Assembly: GCA_029953675.1 (NCBI GenBank)
Contig: JAMWBK010000003.1
Coordinates: forward strand, 2,666,001-2,730,000
DNA length: 64,000 nt
From: Rhodosorus marinus CCMP1338
Taxonomy: Eukaryota > Plantae > Rhodophyta
Reading direction: 5' to 3'
The translations under genes were made by a program, and so were the position numbers. Shown one piece after another: positions 22,574 to 35,248 of the stretch. The notes under the pieces were generated by a model. It did no database searches and had not been told where the DNA came from. It was given only the letters and a program-made list of their open reading frames with translations. Position 1 is the first letter of the stretch, and every line of letters begins with the position of its first letter.

Positions 22574-25500
22574 ATGGGGCAGAAAAAGAAGAAATCAAGG
22601 TCAAAGTCCAACAAGCATTCTTCACCGGTAAGTGAATAACTAGCCCAAGAGACCCACCACGCAGTTTGTCTCGGGATGGACTGAGGGTCGTGCCTCTTAT
22701 CGACTCGTGCTCCCTTTCTTTGCGATTAATTCGTTTAGGCCCACTCGCCGGAGAACAAATTGAAAAGTCCCGCTGGGACGAATGCAAAGGCGTCGAGGGA
22801 AGAGGTAAGAACTCAGAAGCGGTTGTATGCAACCTCTTAGTGACGTCCACTGAAATTTTTTTGATGCTCTCCGTTCTTTCCTCTAACCCGGAAAGGCGTC
22901 TACGGGAAATGGGGCAGATAGCCAGGCACAGCAGAGCGAAAAAGGAGAACAGAATAAGTTGGGGCCTCCTCCTAATTTGAAAACGACCGAAAAAGTTGTT
23001 CCAGAGCTGAAGAGCGCCAACAACAACTCTACCGACGTTCCGGTTAAGAAAGCTTCGAGCGAAGCGAAAAGCCCTGAGGGAAAGGAAGGAAACAAAACCC
23101 CACCCCCAGCACAGACCGGTTTCAATTTCCTGTTGAGTCTTTTAGGCCAACAACAAAAGGGTCCCCCTGCGGAGGAGGAAGCGGGTGTTTCAGAAACCCC
23201 CATTTCAAGGGAAGAAGATGAGACCCCAGATGGCCATGAAGTTCCGGATGTCGTCGTGGCCACGGATGAGCGGAATTCGCTTCAGGAGAATCAAGTGGAG
23301 CCCCAAGCTGCAGAACAAACGGAGGCAGGAGACGAGGAGAAAGTTTCCACTGACTTTTCCGAGAGGTCTTCTCCACAACCCGTGGGGAGCAACGCCTCTG
23401 GTGCGGAAACGGTACGTTTTTAAATTGTGGCGCTCTGAATTCTTCTGAAACCAGTTGCAAGTATTGATACGAAAATCGTTCGGATGTCTGTTGAAAGATT
23501 GAGGAGGTTTCTGACGCAAGCTTGAACAAGATAGCGGTTACAACCGCGAGCGGAATACACTCATTGGCAGTTGCTGACACTATGGAAGTGGCAGCAAGTC
23601 CAGTCTCAGAAGAAAGGACTCCTAGTCACAACCAAGAGGATCATGAACGTCGCGACGACATACCTTCGACAGCCTACCCTGAGTTAGGAGGCGACGATCG
23701 AGATGCCACCTTACAAATAGGGGCACAAACTGATTACGTAGCTGAAGCAAGTGACGGAGGTGTACCTCCCAGCGAGGAAGACTTAGTTACAGGCGCCAAA
23801 GACCAGGGTGCCGCGAAGGAGATGAACATAGGACAAGATGATCATGAAGCTGGTGCTAGTGAGGTATGTGCAAGTAGCTTGTACTGGTAGATGCGGATAG
23901 AAATTCTAAACGTTGCAATCGTTCATTTTTGTTGAACTTTCTATTAGGAGCAAAAGGATTCCGAGTCTTCGACGGCTAGGCCCACGTCTTGGTTGTATGG
24001 CGGTCACCACGCGGCCGGATATGGTGTTGAGGAGCCGCAAACTGAAATCCGCGGCTCCTCTTTTCTGGGAGCGATGAGAAACTCTGTTGCAGAGGTACTG
24101 TCAACTCTGCCCGCGGAAATGCTAGTCCCCTGTTTTGGTCTTCTGAATTCTTGACCCCGGTTGTGCAGGGTCCGCAGCCTCCGCCTCCTAGAAATGCTTG
24201 GGGGGGCTATGACGAATGGAATGATCCAGCTCAGGCTTACGGTAGCGAAGGGGCTTACGATGACGAAGCAGACGGGTCTGGCTTTGAAGATCGTGATAGA
24301 AGTGATCGTGCGAGTCCGTGGGCTGCAATGAAGACCGAGGAAGCAAAGCCTACGGTTTTCAGGGACAATGTCACTGAAGCTAGCGCGAAGCCGGGAGTTC
24401 CTTTGCCTGAGCTTGCTAAAACTGTGACTGGCTCAAACGGGCCAGTCAAGACCAAACCTCGGAAGCCAGCGCCAAGGGTCTCCTGGGATATGCCTATAGA
24501 AAGATTCCATGAGAAAGTCAATGGATCAGTTGATCCCGTGCGCTCGACCAAGGAACTGACAGCCTCATTACCGGCAGAACCATCCGAGAAAAAAGTTGGT
24601 CTCGCTGAGGTAGTTGAACCAATTGAGTCTAATGCGACCCCTGAGCCCGTAACTGTCAAAGCGACAGATCCAGTACAAGACAGTTTGTTGAATATGGGTG
24701 TGGATCATACAGCAAAGGACTCCGCGCCCACGGAGCGACCTTTGACAAATACTACTGCGGACAAGGACCGTACTGCAGTTAAGACGCACGAGGTTCAATC
24801 ACGGAATGTCGTCGATCATAGTAAAAAGGCGGCCTTGCCAGTGTCTAAGGTTGCAGACGACAAAAATACACTGTCGAAGGTGCAGCGCAAGACAACCAAT
24901 GTAGCTGCTTCTAATAGCGCTCCGAAACAAGTTGTGCCAGTGAAACGGCCGAAAAGCTCTGTTGCGCCCACAACCAAGAGCAAACCAAGTCAAAAGAGTA
25001 CGTTGGTCCCGTTTCGTCTCCGAGGAACCACTGTTTCACTAAATACGATATTGCTCTCGTCCGATTGTACTTTGCTAGAAGTGTCATTTGCGGACCCTGC
25101 GGAGGAGGCAGACCCGCTTGAATTCTCTCAGGCAGGCTCTACGATGAACGAGACGGAGCTCAAAAAGATATTGCGCATGGTTGACGTTGAGGAGCCTATC
25201 GAGTCGGTAAGTACAGAGTATAAACAAGACGAGGCTACTGTGTTGAAGAACCCGCGATAGCTCGAAGCTCATCGTTCTTCCGACTCCATTTAAACTCTAA
25301 AAGGATATGGAAGCTCTGGTGGGAATGGAAAATAGTCTCCGCGCTGCGCTCAAGAGACAAAGGGACCTGGGGGATGCAGCTGCAGCTAAAGATGACCTGA
25401 TTGAGGTTCGTAGGGATCGCTCCCACTTGACGGATGGCACGATAGCGCCTCGCCATGTCGTATAAATTATTCACGCCCGTATCGTCTACCCCTTTTTTTT

Positions 25501-28500
25501 GTTTTTCTCTTCGGTTCTACGTTTGTTCGGATAGACGCTCAGGGAGCAGCTGGAAATAGCTACGAATCGCTACGAATCAATGAGTGAACGCGTGACAAGG
25601 ACTGAGACAGAACTGAAGAATAGGGCGGAGGCCATGTCTCAAATGCAGAATCAGTTGAAGGAAAATGCTGCCGAGCTTTCAAAAGCGAAAAGAGGGGCGA
25701 TGATCTCGAAGGAAGAGTATACCAGCCTGCAGCAGAATGTCAAGAGACGTGGCGAGACGGTCGCTGAACTTGAGAGAGACATCGAGGTAAAGGAGGCGCT
25801 CCTCAAGTCGATGCGATTGGACCTTTCAATGCTGCAGAAGCAAAATGGTGAGGTAGGGACGAGATTAAGCACCAGAGAAACTGAGAAAGGAAGGCTGCAA
25901 TCCGAGCTCGCTGCAGAGAGACAGGAGGTGAAGAGGCTCGGGGGAATAATCGAAAATTTTGGCGAAATGAAAGCCACCATAGAAGCTTCTCAGAGAGAGT
26001 CTTGGAGAGCTGATCCCCAACTAGAATCGAAACTACGAGAGGCGCAGAAGACGAACGCCGCTATGCAGTGGGAGCTGAAAGTGCTGCGGTTCCAGATGCA
26101 GGCCACGCCCACCTCAAGTCGACGAGAACCCATGCTGCAGAAAATGCCTGCAGAGCAGCTCCAGTACTCATGGTCCACTGAGGAACTTGAGACTTTGCAA
26201 AGGCTGAAGGAGCGGCAGCTAAATCCAGGGTCTAAGGCGAAGGAGTCAGGCCTTGAAGAACCGTTCGTTTCCCACTCCGAAATGAGTAGGAGATGTTTCC
26301 CGGGTGATTCAGCGAAGTACTTAGAAGCATTTTCAAAGTTGTATCGGGTGGGGAGCATCGGAGATAAGCTCATTGACGATTTGAAAGGAGCTTGCATGGC
26401 GATCAACCCTGTGGACTGGGAGCGCATCTACCTCTCGTTCTTTATGGCCCTCGAGTCAATGGGGAAACAAACTTCTAGCGGAGAGCGGGAGAAACTCGAC
26501 GCGTTGTGGTACCAAAGACCTTGGCAGTCCGTCATCGCCGATGACCTGAGCAACTGCACAGAAACAACATTCCAGAACTGGACGGCTAGAATTTGGGGCC
26601 TCGGGTTCAGAAATATTTTGCTCTGGGGCGAGCCGAAAGAGAGTCTTATTGAACAGCTGACACAGAGTGGGTTCACTCTGTGCGTTGAAGGCACGTCCGT
26701 TGCTTCGACGAGCCAAGACAGCCCATTCTCAAAACTCGCGATGGAAGGAGATGACTTTGCTCGGTCGGTTTTGTTCGAGAACACTGATCAGTGGTCGGAA
26801 GTGGATACTGCTGTACGAAACGAAACTATTTTTAAATACTTTTGATTGGTTTCGCCTCGATCTGGTGTCTGACAAACCCGAACCATTCTTTGTCCTTTGT
26901 TAGCAGGGTGCATTTTTGAGGACAACCGGTCGGAAGTGCTTCGATCTGAACATGAGCACCTTCGGGGCATGGCAACAGTCATTTTCTACCGTAGTGGAGG
27001 AGCTGCGCAGCGGAAAAGTCATGGGTAAATGCATCTCGCTAGGAAACTTGAAGTTTGGGTCTGTGAACAGGACAGCTGCAGCTCCTGAGTGTGAGGCTCT
27101 TTGCTTCCTTCTGGGAACCCTTGCAGCGAGGAAGGGAGCAATAATAGTCGCCGATCTTCCAGTCTCACTACACAGTGAAAGCTTGAAATGGAGAAGCGCG
27201 GGCAACGTTCTTATTCTGTCCAGGCTCCTTCAGGTACATTGACAACATGCAAGACTATTTCCAATGAGCAGCTGGTTGACCTTCCATGGCTTTCCGTGTT
27301 TGATAACATAGGTTCAGACATTCAACTCGGTAATGGGAGGGAACGTGCATCCTCTTCTTCAGTGTCTCGCGGAACTGAGCAGAGCTCGTATTCCGTGGAT
27401 ATCTGGTTTGGAAGTACCGCTGGTTGAATCGAAGGACATACTACGGAACGAAGGATTTGTAAATAGACTGACTTTCGGCGATAAGACTAAGTTTGCAGCT
27501 ATCGTTGAGGGCGCAGAGGAGAAGAACGCTTGCGCGGCCTTTTTGACCATGCTCGTAGCCGGAATACCGATGATGCAATCTGGATCGGATCTCACGAGGG
27601 AAGCGAAATTTGTACAGTCAAGGACAAAACGTGAGAAGGAAGTCGGCTTTGGGAACGGGGACGAGCTTTTGAATTTGTTCCGAGTGGACTTTTCAGCCGC
27701 TGCTGATGAGCAATCAGAACCTGTGAAAAAGATCGTTGGAGACCTCAATGTTGCAGTGAAGAATATCTACGAGTCGTCCGAGGCGTTGCGCTTCGTTAAC
27801 GTATCGTAAGTTGTTCTACAGGGACTTGTTTCCTTGCCACCGTTAAGACTCGCTGCAGCAGTGAAGTGTTTGGCGTACAATACTGATATGCATAATAATC
27901 GGTGACTGTCCTTCGCATGTGCAGGGTTCAGGAGGTTGGAGAAGATCAGTCTATGGTCTGCTTTGTGAGAACAATGCCTCAAGCGTCCACTGAGCCAATA
28001 CCAGTAGTTGTTCTTGCCAATACCTCCGACCGCCCTGTTTCCGGGAGAATCGAAGCATCAGACATGCTGGTGAAACTCCAAGTGCCGAACGTCGCGTTCA
28101 AACTGGACCATCTATGCGAGCCAACCGAAGGAGCCAAATTTGATAGCAGCTTTGGAGTCTTGGCTGCTGAGCTACCTCCGTACGCGATCAGCTGCTTCCG
28201 TTTGAGAGTGGCTCAGACACCGCAGAGAACGAAGATGATGCTCTCTTCAACACTGTCCACGCCTGAATTGGTGAGCTAGCTCTTTGTGCACGCTTGCACT
28301 GTATGGAAGACGCGTTGGCTAATCAATTTTTTTGAATTGGACATGCAGAAGGCAAACACGGTACCAGTACTTTTCGATTGGAACGAAGGAGGGAACTCCG
28401 CGGTCGTCACGGGGTCTTTCCTCAATTGGAAACAGGTAGTTGCTCTCTTCCCTGTGAAGTCGAATCCGAGGAGGCACGTTGGCCTGCACTACATGCGCCC

Positions 28501-29053
28501 TGGAACATACGAAGCGAAATTCATTTCGGATGGGGTGTGGGTTTGCTCCCCAGGACTGCCACTGACAAACCCGAGCCTGACTCCAGCTGATCCTTCGGCG
28601 AACAATCAGCTCGTTGTGCAAACACCGAAACATGATACAGAGGTGAAATCTGTCACCGTTTATTTGTTGTTTCATCATTTTGAGAAAGGTTCTGACTTTG
28701 CATCGTCTTGGCATTTCTGATAGGTGGTCGAACTGCATAATCACTTTATGGCTGTTTCAAGGGCAAGACGGTTGCCGGTAGAGATGGGGAACATGCCTTG
28801 TCTGAGACCCGTCGTGATCGCATGGACAAGGGGCGGATCTTCTGTGTCCATGTCAGCATCATTTTCTGGCTGGAATGACGTGTACAAGATGTTCGCCCAT
28901 GAAGCTGGCCGATACCATTGGACAATCATCAATTTTCCCATTGGTTCGCACTATTACAGATTCTACGTGGACGGTCAATGGACTGTCGCCGAGGAGCATC
29001 CTATACAGGTGGACGACAAGGGTATTCGTAGTAACTTCATTCAGATTTCCTAG
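22574..29053 (+). CDS. Giant (about 1,700 aa) protein: disordered N-terminus, coiled coil, degenerate GH13 alpha-amylase-like domain, two C-terminal CBM48 (AMPK-beta-type) domains
   Basis: About 14 exons join at phase-compatible GT-AG sites, from MGQKKKKSRS to ...RSNFIQIS*. CBM48 patterns: VPVLFDWNEGGNSAVVTGSFLNWK...YEAKFISDGVW and VVIAWTRGGSSVSMSASFSGW...YRFYVDGQW. GH13-like segments: WGLGFRNILLW, AAFLTMLVAGIPMMQSG, VVVLANTS...LPPYAISCFRL. Heptad-rich region at 25540-26100. Confidence 0.8.
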
Positions 29054-29089
29054 AAGTGGTTGCATGAACCAGAACTATTGCAATGGTCA

Positions 29090-29990
29090 CCACTTGCACA
29101 CCCCGCGGGCGAGGACAGGCAGCGAGTCTTCCGCATCTTCCCTTCCCAGGCGGATGCGGGCCGCAGAGATGGCTGAATTGAGAACCGAACTTACCCCTTG
29201 CTCATCCGGACGTACGATTCCAGATTCTACGCTGAAGCCGATCGAACAGCTGAGCACGTTCCGTACTGGTTGACTTGAGGGTTCTGCGCACCGGAGGCCA
29301 TCCTTCTGAGCTTGGTGCACAAAATTGTAGAGGGCGGAATTGCGGAATAGGGGTTCCGTGCCATGTTTTGGTTGGCGGCACCCGTGCTGAAGAGGAAACG
29401 ACACTTCAAGTACTGGATTTACGGACCGCAGGGCCATTTCTTGCTCGCCCTGCTTGTTGTACGGTAAGGTGAGCAAAGTACTAGGAATGTGACTTTACCG
29501 GGACGAAGGAACAAATTGTTGGGGATTGTGTACGCAGTTCTGCGAGCATTAGGAAAAAGAATCCCCTCTGAGTTCGTACTCAGGATACTTACGGGCGAGG
29601 TAGCTAACACCTAATACAATACCAGAATGCAGACATGCGAAAGGACGAAGAAGCGAATTTATTAGTTTTTTTACATAAAGGTTACGAATTCAAGGCCACC
29701 GCGCCCCGCTTCATTCACATTGAGGCCGACGCTCGCCGCAGGCAGCAATTCCTTGCAGTGCACCTCACCGCCTGTGCTGACTGAGCAAAATAACGTTTGC
29801 TCACCTTATCCTGAGTTAGACCACATTCAAGGGTCTCAATCATTTTGTTATCCGTGGAATCAATCGCGTACTATTGTAGATGACCTACTCAATTCGGAGG
29901 GGGGCCCATTGTCCCCTTTCCATGTCAACCATGCATGCATCAGTCATTCAAATAGAATTGATTCAATAAACGCGCCATTCGCGCCTTTCA
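29090..29990 (-). CDS. Unidentified multi-exon hypothetical gene
   Basis: A 129-codon open frame (29087-29476) plus upstream short exons flanked by gtaagt/gtaaag donors and cag/aag acceptors. No family recognised. Confidence 0.35.
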
Positions 29991-32523
29991 TGGCTGTGTT
30001 GGCTGTGCCAGGGATCGGTTGAACGCAGCGGGGCAGTCAATTTAGATCCTCTAGCCCTTCAGGCAGTTTCCCTTAAAAGTGGTCTTATCATCTTGGTGAA
30101 AAACTCGAGGGGTGATAGCACTCGGGTAACTGCGCGAATGCTGGAGGGGGGGGGGGAGTTTGAGATTCTGAAACAAAAAATTCACCAGTCCTGAAGAAGC
30201 AGATTTGAATATCAAAAACGTGGGATATTTCTCCGGTAGAAACTCCTTTGTGCACGAGTAGAGCGTTTCCGAAAGCCCTGGTACCTTCAACCAAAAAAAA
30301 AAAAGAAGAAAGAAGCACAGCCATAGCTCGTCCTCGCTAGTTCTACAACTGATGCATCAATAAACCCTTGTGCTCTTTAAAATCCATTTACAACCAGAAA
30401 ATCCTTTCTGATGCGGTCTACGACATTGATTACCCAAACAGATAATAGAAAATCCCTCCCCCGGCCCCTCATCTCTCCGCGCTGACGGTCGACAATGTGT
30501 TTGACTCGAAGTAAGCAAGCAGAGACTTTTTTACCAGATTGATTGACTCCATCCGATTCAATCTTCTCGACATATTTTCTTCAAGAAAAAACCACCGCAG
30601 AATTTCCCCCCCCAAAATCAATATTTAACATTGCTCACCGTATGACCAACCTCAACCTCGACCCTCCCTTTTTAAAAAAATTTACAGTGTAAGGAATCCT
30701 CGAGCTTTCATTGTTTCGTTTAAAATAATGAGTCTATTTTATTACTACTATTCAATAGAGTTTTCTAGATTGGAGACTCTGGATGGGTGAGATTGGCGAG
30801 GCTTTTATTTGAGCAAGCCTCCTCAAAGTGCCCTGAAAACAGAGTTTGTTTTTCATATTTCAGCGCGAATGTCTAATTTTTTTCAATATATTCTAAATAA
30901 AGAAATAAATACGAACTCTAGCAACCAACGGTTGATGTTGCTTTTGAATAGTCGCGTTTTCTACGCCGTTGTAAGAGATATAATTGGATACTAAGGTTGG
31001 ATTAAACGAAATAGACGAACAGTATTGGTCTGTTACTTCAACACTGTAAGAAATGATATTATTGAATTTAGGGTTTTCTATTTGGAGGCGAATCCTTCGT
31101 TTCTCCGGAGAGGGCTTCAGGTGTAAGTTGATTTCCTTGATGAGTTTCAAAACGGACGAAAAACAACTCTCGTCCCGAGGGGGAGAAAGAAGAATATTCC
31201 TGGCTTTTTTCTAGTGTCCTGTTGTTCGGGAGAGAGAAAACAGGAGACGTCTACACCCCCCTCTCGCGCGCACGTTTTCTCTTTTCAGACGAAAATCCAG
31301 TCCCCGCATGGCAGGCAACAAAGGATCCATGCGGACCCCGCTGAAATTTGGTGGAGGAAAGGCGACCGTTTCCAGTTGTCCAAAAAATTGTTAACCTTTC
31401 TTTGGCATCCCCAGGTTTTCGACTAGTTGTAGTAATTGTCGAAGGGGCCTTCGGAAAGGCATTTGGTGCAACCCACAGACAAACCCTCACCCCCCTCCCC
31501 CCCTACGAGGAAGAAAGTCAAACTTTAAAGCAATTATGGAAGAGCATTCACGAATACAAATGAAGGCACCCCCCTTACGAATGTTCAAAGTCAATTTCCT
31601 TTTTTGAGAACATAATCCACGTAAACAAAATTTCATCCAATAGTTCGCACGAAAACCATCCATATCCTGAAAACAACTAAAAAACAATCTTGCATCGGGT
31701 TCCGAGTAGAATATTTGTTTTCCAAAATATTTACACCACTCTGCAAGAACCTGAACACTTGTCGAAACGAATTAAAAAGAAACTTTTTCAGTCGAGGATG
31801 TCAGGACCGGAGCTTCTTCTCTTTTGTTTTTGTTTTTTTTTAGGTGAAGAAGGATGAGGATAATTTTTCTTCGGGTTTTCTCATCCTTGTTGATGTACGT
31901 ATTTCATTGGCTAAAAATAGAATGAATTGTATTAATATTTAGATGGGAGTGAGGCAAGTGTCGGTTCAGTTTTCGAGGGCGAGAACTGCTATTATTTTTT
32001 GTTTTTTTCTTTATCTTGAGATGGGGGGAGGGAAGGTGGGGGTGGAATTGAGAAAACGATCGTTTTCTGCTCGGTTTTGGTTTGCCGATGTTGTCGGTAA
32101 GAATTGGGCTCGTGAAACGGGAGCGAAAACAAGAAAACCGGAGGGACAAGGAAAGCAGCAAACTCGCACGGTGAGGACTGTTCCTTTGTTCCTGTTTTGT
32201 TCTTTCTTTTTTCTCTCTTTTTTTTGGTAAGGGGGTTTTGCACTGAAAGTTGAAAAATTCATGGATTCGCAAGGTGAGCAATAGGAATTGATGATGAGGG
32301 CTAGGACGCCCGGAACACGGGGAAAGAAAAGTTTAGCACGGCAGATCTAGCGGCTTGGATTTTCTATTTCGCTACGGAGGTCGTCAGGGACTGGCTAGAG
32401 ATCGGATGAGTTTATATATGGAGCTCGGGATGGAGATGTTCTCTCGCCCCTTGTTTGGGTTCTCGTCAAGTCGGACATCAGGAAACGGAATTCAAGGAGC
32501 GCTTTGCAGGTTGAGAAGCAAAT

Positions 32524-33087
32524 ATGAGTATGGATATCCTTGTGTGGAGCGCTCCGGATTCGTTCGGACGGATGGGGAAGGTCGAAGAGGTATTCGCGGA
32601 GGACGTACCAAAGATGGGTGATTTTTACTTCGATGCAGCCGAAAAGCTGTTTCCTTGGAGCCTTGATCTCCTGGATATGGATCGGGACTTCGTTTTGAAG
32701 CAGAACGATAGCGTTGAGGAGGTGGAGATTGGATCTTGTTCAGCTCCAGAAACGTTCCAGCGGAGTTCGCTAACTGGCGACAGCTCTACTAGCAACACTG
32801 GAACATCCGGCGCAAGTTCCGCCCAGGGCGAAGAGAGCGCGAGCAAGTCAAAGAAAGCTGCTCATGAGAAGTCCGAATCGGATATCGAAGGATATAAAGG
32901 AAAGCAGAATATGCCCACCTGTCAGATTTGCAAGAGAAAATTCAGAAGAAAGTACGAAATGATCCGACACATCAAGGCGACGCATTGGAAAATCAAGCCG
33001 TTCTCCTGCGAGTTTTGCGGGAGGTGCTTCTCCAGAAGCGCACATTTGAAAGTACATATTCAACATGTCCATAGGGATCATTATTAA
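32524..33087 (+). CDS. C2H2 zinc-finger transcription factor (two fingers)
   Basis: CQICKRKFRRKYEMIRHIKATH and CEFCGRCFSRSAHLKVHIQHVH joined by a WKIKPFS linker, after an acidic/Ser-rich N-terminus. Confidence 0.92.
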   Translation: MSMDILVWSAPDSFGRMGKVEEVFAEDVPKMGDFYFDAAEKLFPWSLDLLDMDRDFVLKQNDSVEEVEIGSCSAPETFQRSSLTGDSSTSNTGTSGASSAQGEESASKSKKAAHEKSESDIEGYKGKQNMPTCQICKRKFRRKYEMIRHIKATHWKIKPFSCEFCGRCFSRSAHLKVHIQHVHRDHY

Positions 33088-35248
33088 CGTCTCTTCTGTT
33101 ATCTTGTAAATAGCCAGCTATGATGGGAATGCCAACTAAAGTAACCGATCGAATTTGAAAATCCAATGCCTTGTGACGGAGCAATTATCACGCTTGAGGA
33201 CCGCGTTAGAGCTCTCGCGAACTACTCTATCACGACAAGTGGGAGTCCCGCTGCAGCATGCTGCAATTGTTATCGAGGGTTCACACTACCTCCGGACGAA
33301 CATTCAGCAGGTCCTCCCAGAATCCTGCGAACTTGAACACCGACAGTCACATTGGCTGAGACTGAGGTATTTTTCATGAGTCTTTTCGTCTATCAGGCAA
33401 AACGCCATCTATTGCCGTGAACAGATCATTTTCCAACAGCACGCACAATCGTGGGCGACTATTGAACAGGATCCTTTGTAAGCGGATTCGGCCACCACCG
33501 TCTAACACCTGTACGCCCCCCAACTCTTAAACTTGGCATGTTCCTCAGCAGGTCCCCTATCTTATCTCATCTTTGCAACTCCCTTGAAACCTATCCAAAC
33601 CACAACAGCTACTCCTCCCCAAGCAATACCCAGTAAATATCTCTCTAACCCGATGCAACTCGGCTCGATCCGGGACGTCCACTCTGGAGGGGGACGAATT
33701 AAATTAAATAAAAATAATAGGTCATATCTTTTTTTTCTTCATAAATACCATAAAATGATATTCAGTTTTAGAAATAATAACGACGAATGGCAAAAAAAGT
33801 GTAAGATTGTATTATGGAAGTATTTTGTAAGGTGTAAGGGTTTTTTTTCTTATTTCTGTATTTTCAATGCAGTTTATGATTAAATATCTTTTCTATTTGA
33901 ATTTTTGGGCTAGGGCTACGGTTCGCCTTTGGGAAGCGCGATACGACTGAAAGTCATTCCTCTTGAGTTGGGTCGCCGTGGATAGATTTTATCTTTAAAC
34001 GAATCTTCACGATTGTGTTTCGTGTGTTTTCGGCAGCATCGTTTTTGGCTAGAAGAAAAGGTCTACGCCAACCCAACCCCCCCCCCGCCAGGATCATATA
34101 CAGCGAACCGCTTGATGATAGCACTCCCCGCGCGAGGAAAACCATTTAATCAGTCTAGACTCTTGTTCGCGATGGATATTATGAACAAAAAGCTCTTCCC
34201 CAGAAGATAACTCCATATCAATGCATAGCTCAGTTGAAACCTCCCCCTAACTCTCCTCAGCACCTGTCACATATGCACAAACTCAATAATTCTTATGAAC
34301 AACTCTCTGCGATACCCACACAGTCTCAAATGACAGCCTCAATCAACGTCGATCGTCACTATTTCCTCCAATTCTGGTCCACAAAATTTCAATCTACTCC
34401 AGGCTGACTGGAGATGGTACATGATCAATATCTACTTGTTTCTTCATCGAGCATGTTTTGACACAAGGAAGAAGGCCACGTTCAGTCGGAACAAAAAGAC
34501 GATCAGAATCTCTACTTATATTGCAAACCTGTGAGATGTACGGACCTCAGCTCAGAGAATATACCTAAGCCGATTTCACTCAAAAAAAAAAAAATAGCTA
34601 CTTCCGCTCTCACGACTGAGCGATGAAAAAGCCCGTCTTTCTTTGTTCCCGTATGCGGTTTTCGTTGGAACAAGTCGATAACAATCTGAAGACGGCGATC
34701 CTCGATGTTGGAGAGGTTGAACCCTATACATCCCGCATTGCGCTCACGAAATCCTTGATTCCTTCGTTGCACAACGGCATTTGAGAACAGATGAGAAATC
34801 TAGTACAATAAAAAGATTTATTTTCAAAACAATCTATCAATAGTACGATCAGTTAGTACTAACGTGAACACGGCCGGTGTCCTTCGGTGTGAACGCTGAG
34901 ATTTCATCTTTTGTAGGACGACAGGAGATGAAATTGGCATTCTGCCGATAAGCGCGGAAGGTTCTCTACTCCTTCGTAAGTGCAGTTTTTCGGGTGCCGG
35001 GGAGGGGGTCTATGCTGATCTTGCCATGGTATAGAAGAAAGGAACAGAATGTTTGGTATTGATCTGAAGGTTTGAGGTTGGCCGGCGTTGTGGGTGGAGC
35101 GATGTTTTTTTTTGGTATCTCATAGAGTTGGGAATTGGGTTTTGGAGTTAGAAAGTGTGTTTTGTTTTTTGGCTTCTGCTTTTTTGTCGTGCTGGTGTTG
35201 AAGGTGCCCTTGTTGTTTTCTTTCCCGATGCGATCGTATCGTGGTCGT

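Noticed and set aside
24255-27748. Several 100-145 aa minus-strand ORFs
   Set aside because: Antisense shadows of the giant CBM48 gene's exons.
30330-30560. TASERIF fragment resembling a hAT motif
   Set aside because: Too short and surrounded by stops to distinguish from chance.
31904-32281. Overlapping Lys/Phe-rich ORFs on both strands
   Set aside because: Produced by low-complexity purine/pyrimidine tracts upstream of the zinc-finger gene.
33100-35050. Short ORFs and splice-like signals between the zinc-finger and RlmD genes
   Set aside because: No consistent model or recognisable family; included only in the general decayed-sequence observation.
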